From: an uncultured Erysipelotrichaceae bacterium
Lineage (GTDB): Bacteria; Bacillota_I; Bacilli_A; RF39; UBA660
Direction of reading: 5' to 3'
NCBI GenBank assembly: GCA_902794075.1
Contig: CADBGE010000001.1
Coordinates: 76,603 to 140,602, forward strand
Length of the DNA stretch: 64,000 bases
The notes under the pieces are model-generated. The model had not been told where the DNA came from, made no database searches, and saw only the letters and a program-made list of their open reading frames with translations. Position numbers and translations under genes: made by a program. Each line of letters opens with the position of its first letter. The first letter of the stretch is position 1. Of this stretch, positions 8,627-18,500 are shown piece after piece.

Positions 8627-10051
8627 TCATTTAAATTCTTTTTCAAATTTCTTTTTCAGTTCATCAAGATCATTCAAATACATTTGTTGAATTGTTGTCT
8701 TTTTTATATAATCAAGTTCCTTTTTAATTTCTTCGTTTTCTTTAAGTAATTCGTCTCTTTCCTCAATAGTACATTTGCTCATAGGTGTTCCAATCAGATA
8801 CATTGGCAACTTGTGACCATCCATATCCACCTTGATGTCAACCTTAGAACGATTACGAATCTTCAACTTTCCCTTGCATACAAGTTCAATAAATTTTACC
8901 AATAGTGAGTTCTTTTCATATTTGTCCTCAAGTATCTTAACTAATCTTGACTTACGATCATTATATATATTTAATCTATACTTTACAAAATATTCTATAA
9001 GTTGCTGTGGTGTCTGAAAATGTCGGATCTTGTTATTTTCATCAAGCACCCACAGCAGGTCGTCAGGAACAACCTTCGTTAGTTTAAATAAATTGCATAT
9101 ATGTGAGTTAACTGTCTTACGCTTTCCTAATTTTGCTAATTCTCCCTTATTAAATTGAATGATATATTTAATATCCGAACCTTCACTAAAATTCTTCCAA
9201 TCTTTAATTCTATTCTTTTCTATTAATTTATTCAAATGCTTTTCAAATCCTTCAAAGTCTGTGTCATAAGGAAACATTGTAATTTCTACTCTATCTCTTT
9301 TCAAATCAAGTGTGAATTTTCCATCACTAACCCATTTTCCTTCATCATTTGTTCTCCAAAGTTTATTGTCATATTCTCTGATGTATGGATAAAGTACAAA
9401 GCCGTTTGTTGATTCATCTTTACATTTATTCTTGATGAATTCAATACAACAGTCGACGACATCCTTTGGGTTATATGACATTGTAGCAAACTTATATCCA
9501 GGCGCCATGCCTTCCTGACGATTCAGAATCACTGTAGGAATGATTGGTAAATAATTCTCTGGTTCAACATATTGTCCCTCATCAAAGATTTGGTTTGTCA
9601 ATTCAATATCTGTCTTCCATAAGTCACTAAATTCAGATAACTTAACATAAAGATAACGAGGTGCAGAAACCGACTTAGGAGACCTTAATGAACCAACCTG
9701 TCCATCACATTCAAGAGGATTGCAATTAAATTTAAATGGTTGTGAAAGAGTTATGATTGTCCCATTAAGACTTGAATCTCCATGAGGATAGAGCGACAAG
9801 TTCAATGTATCGCCTGACAGATTAAGAAGTTTCTTGTTTCCACCATTCTTAAGACCTCCATTGAATGCCGCGTGCATAATCTTTCTTGCACCAGTCTTAA
9901 GTCCGTCAATGAGAGAAGGAAGCGCACGATTTGCAAGAACATAAAAAGTATATTCCTTATATTCCTTATTTAAGAATTCTGTAATAGTTCTCTCTACCTC
10001 AGCATAATTGTTACTAAGATCTATATCAACAATTTTATCCTTCTTGTTCAT
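8627..10051 (-). CDS. type II DNA topoisomerase, breakage-reunion subunit (T4 gp52-like / GyrA N-terminal-like)
   Basis: 474 aa. Has the LPSLIDGLKTGARK motif and the SAPRYLY catalytic-tyrosine context. Its size and its separation from the ATPase subunit match T4-type topo II. Confidence 0.8.
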   Translation of the reverse strand: MNKKDKIVDIDLSNNYAEVERTITEFLNKEYKEYTFYVLANRALPSLIDGLKTGARKIMHAAFNGGLKNGGNKKLLNLSGDTLNLSLYPHGDSSLNGTIITLSQPFKFNCNPLECDGQVGSLRSPKSVSAPRYLYVKLSEFSDLWKTDIELTNQIFDEGQYVEPENYLPIIPTVILNRQEGMAPGYKFATMSYNPKDVVDCCIEFIKNKCKDESTNGFVLYPYIREYDNKLWRTNDEGKWVSDGKFTLDLKRDRVEITMFPYDTDFEGFEKHLNKLIEKNRIKDWKNFSEGSDIKYIIQFNKGELAKLGKRKTVNSHICNLFKLTKVVPDDLLWVLDENNKIRHFQTPQQLIEYFVKYRLNIYNDRKSRLVKILEDKYEKNSLLVKFIELVCKGKLKIRNRSKVDIKVDMDGHKLPMYLIGTPMSKCTIEERDELLKENEEIKKELDYIKKTTIQQMYLNDLDELKKKFEKEFK

Positions 10052-10379
10052 CTTTATTAAGTTTTAAATCAAGTTCTTTACAAAAATTATCTGCGTTTTT
10101 CTTTGATGTAGTTAAATATGTTTTTATGTATTTATGATCTTCATCAACATATTCAGTATAATTAGAATTGTTAAAACCGACATCATATTTAAACATTATG
10201 TTCTTATTAAATGTCGTGTCATAACAAATAAATCTAACTTGATAATTTTCTATAGAGGCATCACGTGCCATCACTAAATTTCTACAAACATAATCTTTTA
10301 TATTATTTTCGTCATCATACGAAACATCAATTCGGTATAATTTATTGTTTTCTTTTAACTTATAAAAAATTGTAGCCAT
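10035..10379 (-). CDS. hypothetical protein
   Basis: The track ORF starts at TTG 10385. The ATG (MATIFYKL...) is at 10379. The 3' end overlaps the topoisomerase-subunit start. Confidence 0.55.
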   Translation of the reverse strand: MATIFYKLKENNKLYRIDVSYDDENNIKDYVCRNLVMARDASIENYQVRFICYDTTFNKNIMFKYDVGFNNSNYTEYVDEDHKYIKTYLTTSKKNADNFCKELDLKLNKDEQEG

Positions 10380-10403
10380 AATCAAAAATAAAAATTTATA
10401 TTT

Positions 10404-10432
10404 AATATAAAAATAGATCCAAGAAAATTCAA
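10404..10432 (-). promoter_or_regulatory. sigma-70-like promoter TTGAAT-N17-TATATT
   Basis: Minus strand: TTGAAT (10432-10427), 17 nt, TATATT (10409-10404). The -35 sits in the loop of an 8-bp hairpin (10414-10421 / 10433-10440). Confidence 0.55.
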
Positions 10433-10474
10433 TGGATCTATAAACTTTTTAATCTATTTTAATATAATTATTTT

Positions 10475-11221
10475 TCATCCGTTGTACCAATCTGGTGTGT
10501 TTGTTATACCTGAACCGTCAAACATTCGTCCTGTAGCATAAATACTAGATAAATCCCATTTAGATAAATCTCCAACTGATTTTAAGTTTGTACAACAACG
10601 AAACATGGCTGAAATATCTTCAGCATTAGATACATCCCATTTAGATAAATCTCCAACTGATTTTAACTCTTCACAGAAATCAAACATACCGTACATATAT
10701 CTAACTTTTAATACTTTCCATTTTGATAAATCACCTACTGATTCTAATTTATAACAGTTACGAAACATAGTTGAGATATCTTCAACACCTGATACATCCC
10801 AATCAGATAAATCTCCAACTGATTTTAAATTAATGCATTTTTCAAACATTCTAGTTAAAACTTCAGCATTTTGTGTATCCCAATTTGATAAGTCCACAGA
10901 TTTTAATTTTGTGCAGTTTAAAAACATATTGTGCATATTTTTAATGTTTGATACATCCCAGCCAGATACATCTATGTATTCAAAGTTAGTTCCTTGAAAT
11001 ACTCCATAACTACGTTTTTCATCATAAAATGTAGTCATTCCACTTACATCTATATCATTAAAGTAAACAGGTTTCTGTTCTGTTCCAGGTCCTAACTTAT
11101 TGTATTTATCTTCTATAATCTTTCTTAACTCATCAAATGTTTTAGGAAAATATATATATGCGTTTTTATAGTTCTTATTAATGACAAGTTTTTCAGATAA
11201 ATAGTTAACAAGTGACTTCAT
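10475..11221 (-). CDS. DUF285 / BspA-type leucine-rich repeat protein with MKSL leader
   Basis: 248 aa. Starts MKSLVNYLSEKLVINKNYK, followed by about 6 repeats of the SVGDLSxWDVSxxxDxSxMFxxCxxLK type. Confidence 0.8.
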   Translation of the reverse strand: MKSLVNYLSEKLVINKNYKNAYIYFPKTFDELRKIIEDKYNKLGPGTEQKPVYFNDIDVSGMTTFYDEKRSYGVFQGTNFEYIDVSGWDVSNIKNMHNMFLNCTKLKSVDLSNWDTQNAEVLTRMFEKCINLKSVGDLSDWDVSGVEDISTMFRNCYKLESVGDLSKWKVLKVRYMYGMFDFCEELKSVGDLSKWDVSNAEDISAMFRCCTNLKSVGDLSKWDLSSIYATGRMFDGSGITNTPDWYNG

Positions 11222-11308
11222 AATAAATTTGTATGTTTATTAAATATATATTAAAAATATTTTTATATATATGATAATATCAACATACGAATTATACTAT
11301 AACAGTTA

Positions 11309-11653
11309 ATGAGTAAGGATCATCATAAACCTTTAAACAAGAATAACCTTAATGAAAAGGCGCTTGCTGCTTCCAAAGGCAAGGACAAGAAAAAATTCCT
11401 GAGACACATTTATAACAGCAAGAAATGGAAAGATATACGAAATGAATATATATCTGAACATCCTACATGTGAATGTTGTCATTTTGAACTAGCTACACAA
11501 GTTCATCATATAAAGAGATTCAGTACAGGAAAGAACAAAAAAGAAATAGAAAAGCTTGCTTATGACAGGAACAATTTAATGGCACTCTGCAGTCACTGTC
11601 ATATAAGCAAGCATTTAAAGAATTTACCTGAATCCGTTACCGAAGATTCATAG
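11309..11653 (+). CDS. HNH endonuclease
   Basis: 114 aa with CECC...HHIKR...N..ALCSHCHISKH. It is the only plus-strand gene inside a long minus-strand block. Its 3' end overlaps the convergent gene by 17 nt. Confidence 0.8.
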   Translation: MSKDHHKPLNKNNLNEKALAASKGKDKKKFLRHIYNSKKWKDIRNEYISEHPTCECCHFELATQVHHIKRFSTGKNKKEIEKLAYDRNNLMALCSHCHISKHLKNLPESVTEDS

Positions 11654-12101
11654 CACAAATAATCAATACAGGCATTGGAATATAGCCTTCGTATGTCATT
11701 ATAATATCTGATGAGTATGTTGAGTTTCCTCGATATACATGATTGTTTGCTACAGTAAGCACACAGTCACTGATGTATGTTGAATTTCCTTTGTATATTC
11801 TATTGTTATTATATGTCCATAGTACATCACTGATGTATGTTGAGTTTCCTTTATAACATTTTCCATTTGTGTACTTACATATGATATCTGATGTATATGC
11901 TGAATTTCCATTATATATATTGCTGTTATAGTAAGTATATACAATATCATATCCATACATTGAATTTCCTCTATACACCTTACCATTACTATATGTGTAT
12001 GCACAATCACTGATGTATGTTGAGTTACCACGATACATTCTTACAGCATCAACGGACAAGAACATCAGAACAGAAATAAGTATAAGTAAAATTTTCTTCA
12101 T
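11637..12101 (-). CDS. secreted repeat protein (MORN-like about 19-aa repeats)
   Basis: 154 aa. Signal-peptide-like MKKILLILISVLMFLSVDAV, then about 7 units of Y(R/K/N)GNS(T/A/M)YxSDxxxTYxNxx(V/I)Y. Confidence 0.65.
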   Translation of the reverse strand: MKKILLILISVLMFLSVDAVRMYRGNSTYISDCAYTYSNGKVYRGNSMYGYDIVYTYYNSNIYNGNSAYTSDIICKYTNGKCYKGNSTYISDVLWTYNNNRIYKGNSTYISDCVLTVANNHVYRGNSTYSSDIIMTYEGYIPMPVLIICAMNLR

Positions 12102-12106
12102 ATGAT

Positions 12107-13231
12107 TTAATTATTTATATTATTTAACCAATTATCAAATTCTTTCATGTTAAAAAATTCTATCCAATTTAAGTTATTTTCTTTTGCAGTTTTTCGTTTC
12201 TTGACATCTCTAATTGTCCAAGTTGAAATTGCATTTTTATAAAACTCTCCATTTCCGTTTTTCCATTTTTCTAAAAGTAAAATATCGTCAGTGTCGTCTT
12301 TATTAAAAGGATGTCCGCCATGAGTCCAAGTTCCTTGAAATTCAATAAATAATTTTAATGATTTTATATAAAAATCACAATTAAACGGATATTTTTCTTT
12401 GTCGTAAAATTGTCTAATTATATCGTCTTTATTAAATTTTGTTAATAATTTATTATAAATTTCTTCTTCAGGTTTTGATGTATTAAATGTATGATTTTTT
12501 CTTTTTGTTTCATTTTTTATCAAAATTAAATCTTCACGTTGCGACATCCATTCAACCCCATATTTTTCTAAATTGTTTTTTCTAATATTTTGTTGGATTT
12601 CTTTATTATTTACTGAACAAACACACCCATATCTTTTTAAATTTGTTTCTTTTTGTTTTTGTTTTGCTGCTTCTGAATGCGAATTTATTTGACATGATTC
12701 CATTTGAAAATTATGTTCAACACCATATTTTTTCAAACATGTTTGTTTCATTTTTTCCCTTATAGAATCTGATGCAGCGCCCATTCCCCCATTATTTTTT
12801 ACAACAGTTTCTTTTATTTTCTTTTTTATTTCATCATGTTGAGCAATATTGTCAACACCATATTTATCTTTAATTATTTGTTTTATTTTTTCTCGTGTTT
12901 CTTTATTTTGAAATGGCGATATTACTCCATATTTTTCTTTATATGTTTTTATTCGTTTTTCCTGACAACTTTGTGCTGCACAAGACCTTGAACAATATTT
13001 TTTATATCCTATGTTAATAATATATTGTAATTTATTACCGCATATTGGACATTTAGGAACGTTACTAATATTATTTATTAACATATATAATGCCTCAAAA
13101 ATATTTACGTTATATTTATTCAATAAATATTTTCTTTCTTCTTCAGATAATAATTTTTCTGTTTGTTTGACAGTCTTATATCTTGAATTATTATGTTTAT
13201 TAATTATTATGTTTTCTATTTCATTATACAT
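12107..13231 (-). CDS. putative homing-type endonuclease (zinc finger + KYG repeats + PD-(D/E)xK-like C-terminus)
   Basis: 374 aa. CPICGN..CSRSC zinc finger, five KYG(V/C) repeats, and a C-terminal CDFYI...IEFQGTWTHG (Vsr/DUF559-like core). Lies between the two topoisomerase genes. Confidence 0.55.
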   Translation of the reverse strand: MYNEIENIIINKHNNSRYKTVKQTEKLLSEEERKYLLNKYNVNIFEALYMLINNISNVPKCPICGNKLQYIINIGYKKYCSRSCAAQSCQEKRIKTYKEKYGVISPFQNKETREKIKQIIKDKYGVDNIAQHDEIKKKIKETVVKNNGGMGAASDSIREKMKQTCLKKYGVEHNFQMESCQINSHSEAAKQKQKETNLKRYGCVCSVNNKEIQQNIRKNNLEKYGVEWMSQREDLILIKNETKRKNHTFNTSKPEEEIYNKLLTKFNKDDIIRQFYDKEKYPFNCDFYIKSLKLFIEFQGTWTHGGHPFNKDDTDDILLLEKWKNGNGEFYKNAISTWTIRDVKKRKTAKENNLNWIEFFNMKEFDNWLNNINN

Positions 13232-13246
13232 ATAAGTTATTACATA

Positions 13247-15163
13247 TTAATTTTCTACTTCTTCCTTTAACATATCTTTACGGGTTGAAGCAAGTCCTTT
13301 GCCAAACCACTTGTTAAGCATCATATCAGCAAGATCATCTTTTGTAAAATACTGAAAATTGTTACTTGCCATCATTTCTTTAAACTCTGAGGCATTAAGA
13401 CCACCAAGTCCTTTAACATATTTAATTGCCCAGCCATTAGATAATTTTTTCTCATCTTTTTTATATTCTTCAAGTGAAAAATATTTCTTTTTTTGTTTTC
13501 CTTTTGTTGCTATAATAATTGGGGAAATAATACGGCAAATCATTTTTTGTTCAAACAATTCTGGAAATAAATTAAAAAATACCATTAATAATGCTGCAAT
13601 CTTATGGCCATCATAATCCATATCTGTTGATATTACAATCTTACCGAATTTTAAGTCAGCCTTTTTATTATATTCGCCAAACTTTAAACCAATAATTTTA
13701 ATGATGTCATTGAATACTTGATTCTTCATAATCTCGCTTGGTTTTAGACCCAAAATATTTAAAGGTACTCCACGAGTTAAATATCCTGCTTGTGTCATTG
13801 AATTTCTACCTGACCGAAGACCACTTGCTGCAGAATCTCCCTCAAATATCCATAATTGTTTTTCAGACGGTTTCTTACTAGTACAGTTGATGAATTTGTC
13901 ATTTCTTAACAACTTACCAGACTCACGATTCATTTTACGAATCTTTGCCTGTTCCTCAGCATTCTGTTTTTGAGAATACCAATCCTTCATTATGTCGATG
14001 ATCTCTGACTTCTCAACTTTCTTGAGAAACTGTTCAGGAACTTCAAACCTGATATTCTCATCCTTGCTAAACTTGTCAATAGGAGTAGTCAAACATTCCT
14101 TTGTTTGAGAATCATATGCGGGATTTGAAACAGTGCATTCACAGAACAATGAATATTTATTATCTACATTATGAAGTGTGACATTCATCTTTTTCTTTTC
14201 CAACAAGTCCTGTACTGTCTTATTGATACGAAGACGAATTGCATTCATATGTGTTCCTCTTGAACATTCTGCTCCATCAACAAATCCTACATTGATGTTT
14301 GACCCAGGAAATATCCATGCTCTAACAAGTTCATTCTCAAATGTCAACTTTGCTGATGTGTCGATGAAATCACTATATAATTCTATATACTGTTCAAATT
14401 TATTGAACACCCACGTCTTATTGAACAGTTCTTTATTGTTCTTGTTAATATATTTAAATGATACTTTCAGTTTTGGGTTTGCTGCTGCAGCATCAATACA
14501 ACGCTTCTCAAGAACAGCAATGAAGTCCTCAGGCAGTTCAGTATAGTCAACATCAAACTTACTGAAGTCAATCTTCAAAGTAGTTTGTGTATAATGATCC
14601 TTACATTTTTTAATAACAAGATCATCATTTAATTTTCTCATGTTGTCTGACCATGAACGGTGAAAACTATTCTTACCATCAGCGGAATCAACAATAAAAT
14701 TACTAGAAAAAATATTTGCTAGAACTGAACCTACTCCGTTCGTCCCAATCAGTTGTCTGTCTTCATCATCATTATAATTTGAAGAAGTACGAAGACGTCC
14801 AAACACAAATTCAGGAACATAACATTTTGCTTGTTTGTGCATGATAATTGGCATACCGCCATTATCTTTAATTATAATAGTTCCATCATATTTTACTGTA
14901 ACATCTATTCTTGTCAGACCCAAATTAGTATCTCTACGATATTCATCACATGAATTTGAAAGAATTTCATCAAAAACCTTTAACATTGCTGGTGAATAAT
15001 GAACATCCTTCATTGTCATCATAGATTCATCTGAATCATATATGAACATTTGTCGAGTTTCATCTTTAATTGACCCAACATACATACCTGGACGAGACAA
15101 CACATGTGTTATCTCATCCATTTCTTTGTAGATTTCTTCAATTTTCTTTTTTCTTGGTGCCAT
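13247..15163 (-). CDS. type II DNA topoisomerase, ATPase/Toprim subunit (T4 gp39(+60)-like / GyrB-like)
   Basis: 638 aa. GHKL-type N-terminus (EILSNSCDE, GTNGVGS), Toprim motif EGDSAA and the DMDYDGHKI motif. Confidence 0.85.
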   Translation of the reverse strand: MAPRKKKIEEIYKEMDEITHVLSRPGMYVGSIKDETRQMFIYDSDESMMTMKDVHYSPAMLKVFDEILSNSCDEYRRDTNLGLTRIDVTVKYDGTIIIKDNGGMPIIMHKQAKCYVPEFVFGRLRTSSNYNDDEDRQLIGTNGVGSVLANIFSSNFIVDSADGKNSFHRSWSDNMRKLNDDLVIKKCKDHYTQTTLKIDFSKFDVDYTELPEDFIAVLEKRCIDAAAANPKLKVSFKYINKNNKELFNKTWVFNKFEQYIELYSDFIDTSAKLTFENELVRAWIFPGSNINVGFVDGAECSRGTHMNAIRLRINKTVQDLLEKKKMNVTLHNVDNKYSLFCECTVSNPAYDSQTKECLTTPIDKFSKDENIRFEVPEQFLKKVEKSEIIDIMKDWYSQKQNAEEQAKIRKMNRESGKLLRNDKFINCTSKKPSEKQLWIFEGDSAASGLRSGRNSMTQAGYLTRGVPLNILGLKPSEIMKNQVFNDIIKIIGLKFGEYNKKADLKFGKIVISTDMDYDGHKIAALLMVFFNLFPELFEQKMICRIISPIIIATKGKQKKKYFSLEEYKKDEKKLSNGWAIKYVKGLGGLNASEFKEMMASNNFQYFTKDDLADMMLNKWFGKGLASTRKDMLKEEVEN

Positions 15164-15198
15164 CTATAATATGTTTTATTATATCAAATTGTAGTTAT

Positions 15199-15227
15199 AA
15201 TATATAATAATTGCCAAGAAAATTTAA
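15199..15227 (-). promoter_or_regulatory. sigma-70-like promoter TTAAAT-N17-TATATT
   Basis: Minus strand: TTAAAT (15227-15222), 17 nt, TATATT (15204-15199), 35 nt upstream of ATG 15163. Confidence 0.55.
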
Positions 15228-15229
15228 TT

Positions 15230-15439
15230 TCATCTTATATATTTTTTAATGACTTGTTTCATATCATCATAGTATTTATATATATTTTTTAAATTTTCAC
15301 TATCTCTCATATATGTAATATAACTATTGTTCATTTTTCTTTCAAGCCATCTAGAATCAAGAAATGAAAAGTTATATGATATTTTTGTATCAATGTAGGA
15401 TAATTCATATTTTAAATTGTCATACTCACTTAATGTCAT
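15230..15439 (-). CDS. hypothetical protein
   Basis: 69 aa, ATG start. First minus-strand gene after the divergent junction with the giant plus-strand ORF. Confidence 0.5.
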   Translation of the reverse strand: MTLSEYDNLKYELSYIDTKISYNFSFLDSRWLERKMNNSYITYMRDSENLKNIYKYYDDMKQVIKKYIR

Positions 15440-15535
15440 ATTTTCTTATTTACTTTTATATTAATATTAAAATATGAAACTTGACCCAATATTTTTAATT
15501 ATAAGGAAAATTAAACATAATTATTTGAGCATTTT

Positions 15536-18500
15536 ATGGCTAATCCTATAAAATTTGATATATACATTGGCAAGTCTGGAACTTCTGGACAAACACCAAA
15601 ACCAGTTGTAATTCCAGAAAGATGGAAACCAATTCTTGCATTAGCATATGCATACACAACATATTCAATAAATAATTCTGAACTAAATTTTGCCGTATTA
15701 ACTTCACAAGTTAATGAACATGAAAATAAAATCAATAACCTAGAAAATAATATAGCAGCATTAGAAATATTAGATAATGATGATTTTATTGAACAAATTA
15801 ATAACTTATCAGGTAAAATAGATAAATTAGATCCTGATTTGTTAAAAGGGCTTGCATATGCATATACATTATTGCATACTGAAAAGGTTCATTATGATTC
15901 ATATACATATTCATATGTATTATATGAAGATTCTATAGATCGTTCATATGATTATATTGATTCTATCAAAGATGAATTACAATATAAAACAAATAGTTTA
16001 AATCAATATGTAAATAATGAATTCATAAAGAAAACCGATGCTGATGAAAAATATGCCTATAAGGATAATATACCAACGAAGGTATCTCAATTAGAAAATG
16101 ATGAATTATTCATAACACATTCAGCACTTGACAATTACACAACATATAATTATGTAGATAAATTTGTTAATGATAAAATTACTGATGTTGTTGATGCCGC
16201 TCCACAGGCGCTTGATACATTAAAGGAACTTGCTAATGCTTTAAATAACAATGAAAATTTTGGTTCATATGTAGTAAATGAATTAGATAAAAAGGCTAAT
16301 ATATCTGAGGTTCAATCATTGATTGATGGAATGGTTGAACAGAAAAATGATATTCCTATATATGATTCCACAAAAATACAAGAACTTACGGATGCTGGAC
16401 AGTTGCCTGATAAGTATATAGATATAGATTCTGGAGATGAATTATTAGGAAAAACTGATGCTGGAAATTATCTTGACATTATATTTAGTACATTACGAGC
16501 ATTACAGCAAGAAGTAACAAAGATAAAGAACACATTTAATTCTGGAATAATGTCATTAACAAATGAAGACACTCATATGTCGGAGGTTGTTAATGAATAT
16601 TCTGAAACTGATGAAGAGGAACCATTATGGGCTGTAGATCCAAATACATTAACTGAAATAAGTGGTGCTGAATTTTATTTAGATACTGCACACACATTAA
16701 CTCCAACAGAAAATGTAACTGTTTCAACAAATAAATTAGTAATTAATAATACAGCGTCATGGAATGACAATAGAATTAATTTAACAAGTGGGGAACCAAC
16801 TAATTATTTACATGATAATGAAGATGCAAAACAATATGTATATATTACTTCAAGTACAACAAATATTCAGATACAGTTAACAAATTATTCTGACGATAGT
16901 AAATATATAAATATTGATTTAAGTAGGTTAAATATACCTGTTACCGAGGCACATAAATATAATATATTATTATGTCTATCACGGTCAGTAAAAACAACAA
17001 ACAATACATATGCTGGTGAGAATTTTGTATATGTAATAATTTCTGATTATTTTTCTGGAGAAGAACTATTGTCAGGATATATAAATAATGGAATATTAAG
17101 AAACACATTACAAGAAGGAAGATTTGTTGGTGGCACATTAGAAGAAAGAAGATATTACATTAGTAAGATTGATTTTACAGATCTTGAACTTTATAGAATG
17201 ACATTTTATTCAAAGTTTCAAGAATTTAATTCAGATGTTCAGCCATCTGTGCCATTAAAGGACGATACTTATTCTGTTGCGCACATAACTATTCGTTCTG
17301 TACAAAACATCGCTCAACTTAAAAAAATAAAAGATCAGTTATTAGAAAACGAATTAGTTTATAACGATAGTAATAACTGTATATATATAATTAAGAATAA
17401 TGAAATAAAATTAATAAGTGGTGGTTCTAACATAGACCCATCCAATGATATAACTGGAATGGAAAAAGATGAAATTATTAGCTGGCTTGCCGAAAATGGC
17501 ATAATCGTAACTGAAAATGGTGGTGAAAAGCTATCGTTTAATAATGTTGGAGACATCACATTCATAAATCAACTTAATGAAAAATTTAAGTTTGAAGCTG
17601 ACAGTGAGGGAAAACTTCATTCTACAAAAATTAATGACGTATCAATGATTCAAAGGGTTTCAGCGTCAAAAATGCCAATAGATGAATCTGCAACAGAATT
17701 TACAAACACAAGAGGGTTTATAGGTACATTAAGAGAATATGAACTTAATATTAAACCACAAACTACTGGTGATAATAGTACAGATATGAAATTAAATTCA
17801 GACAGAATTAAAATTGGAAACATATATGCACCATTTAAAGATTCTCAAACCTATGGATGTACACATGCTTATATAGAATTAGAAAATACATCTAATATTG
17901 ATTATCCTCTTGATGGATGTTATATTCATTTTGCACGTCGTAATAATAATACAGAACAATCTGTTGATGAATATAGTTTACCATTAAGTGGTATAATTCC
18001 TGCTGGAGGAACATATTTAATAAGATGTAAAAAATATTCTGACATAGAACAGGCAAATACATTTATTGATGTTGATTCATTTGACATTGAATGGATAACG
18101 GCTGATGGAGAGTTATTAGATCCATATCTTGGAATGCAAAACACATTCTTGTTGACATACGGTTGTCCAGGGAAAGACAGAGATTCAAATAGTAATTTTA
18201 ATTATACTGTGCCTATGACAGCAATTGGAACTGGTAAACTCGATAAAATAAGAGTATGGCATCCATGTTATATTGATTCAGTGTCTATTATAGCAAGTAT
18301 TAAAACAACAGACGATAAAACTGGGTTGACGACAACAACTTCAACATGGGAAGGCTGGAGCAGTAGCAAAGGATTTTATAGTAATCCAAATAAACTTGAT
18401 GCATTATATAAAACAACATTTGAACTTGATCCAGCAAAACAAGCATATCAAGGATTAAATGCAAAAGATTCTTCACGTGTTAGGTCAAATACAGCAACAG

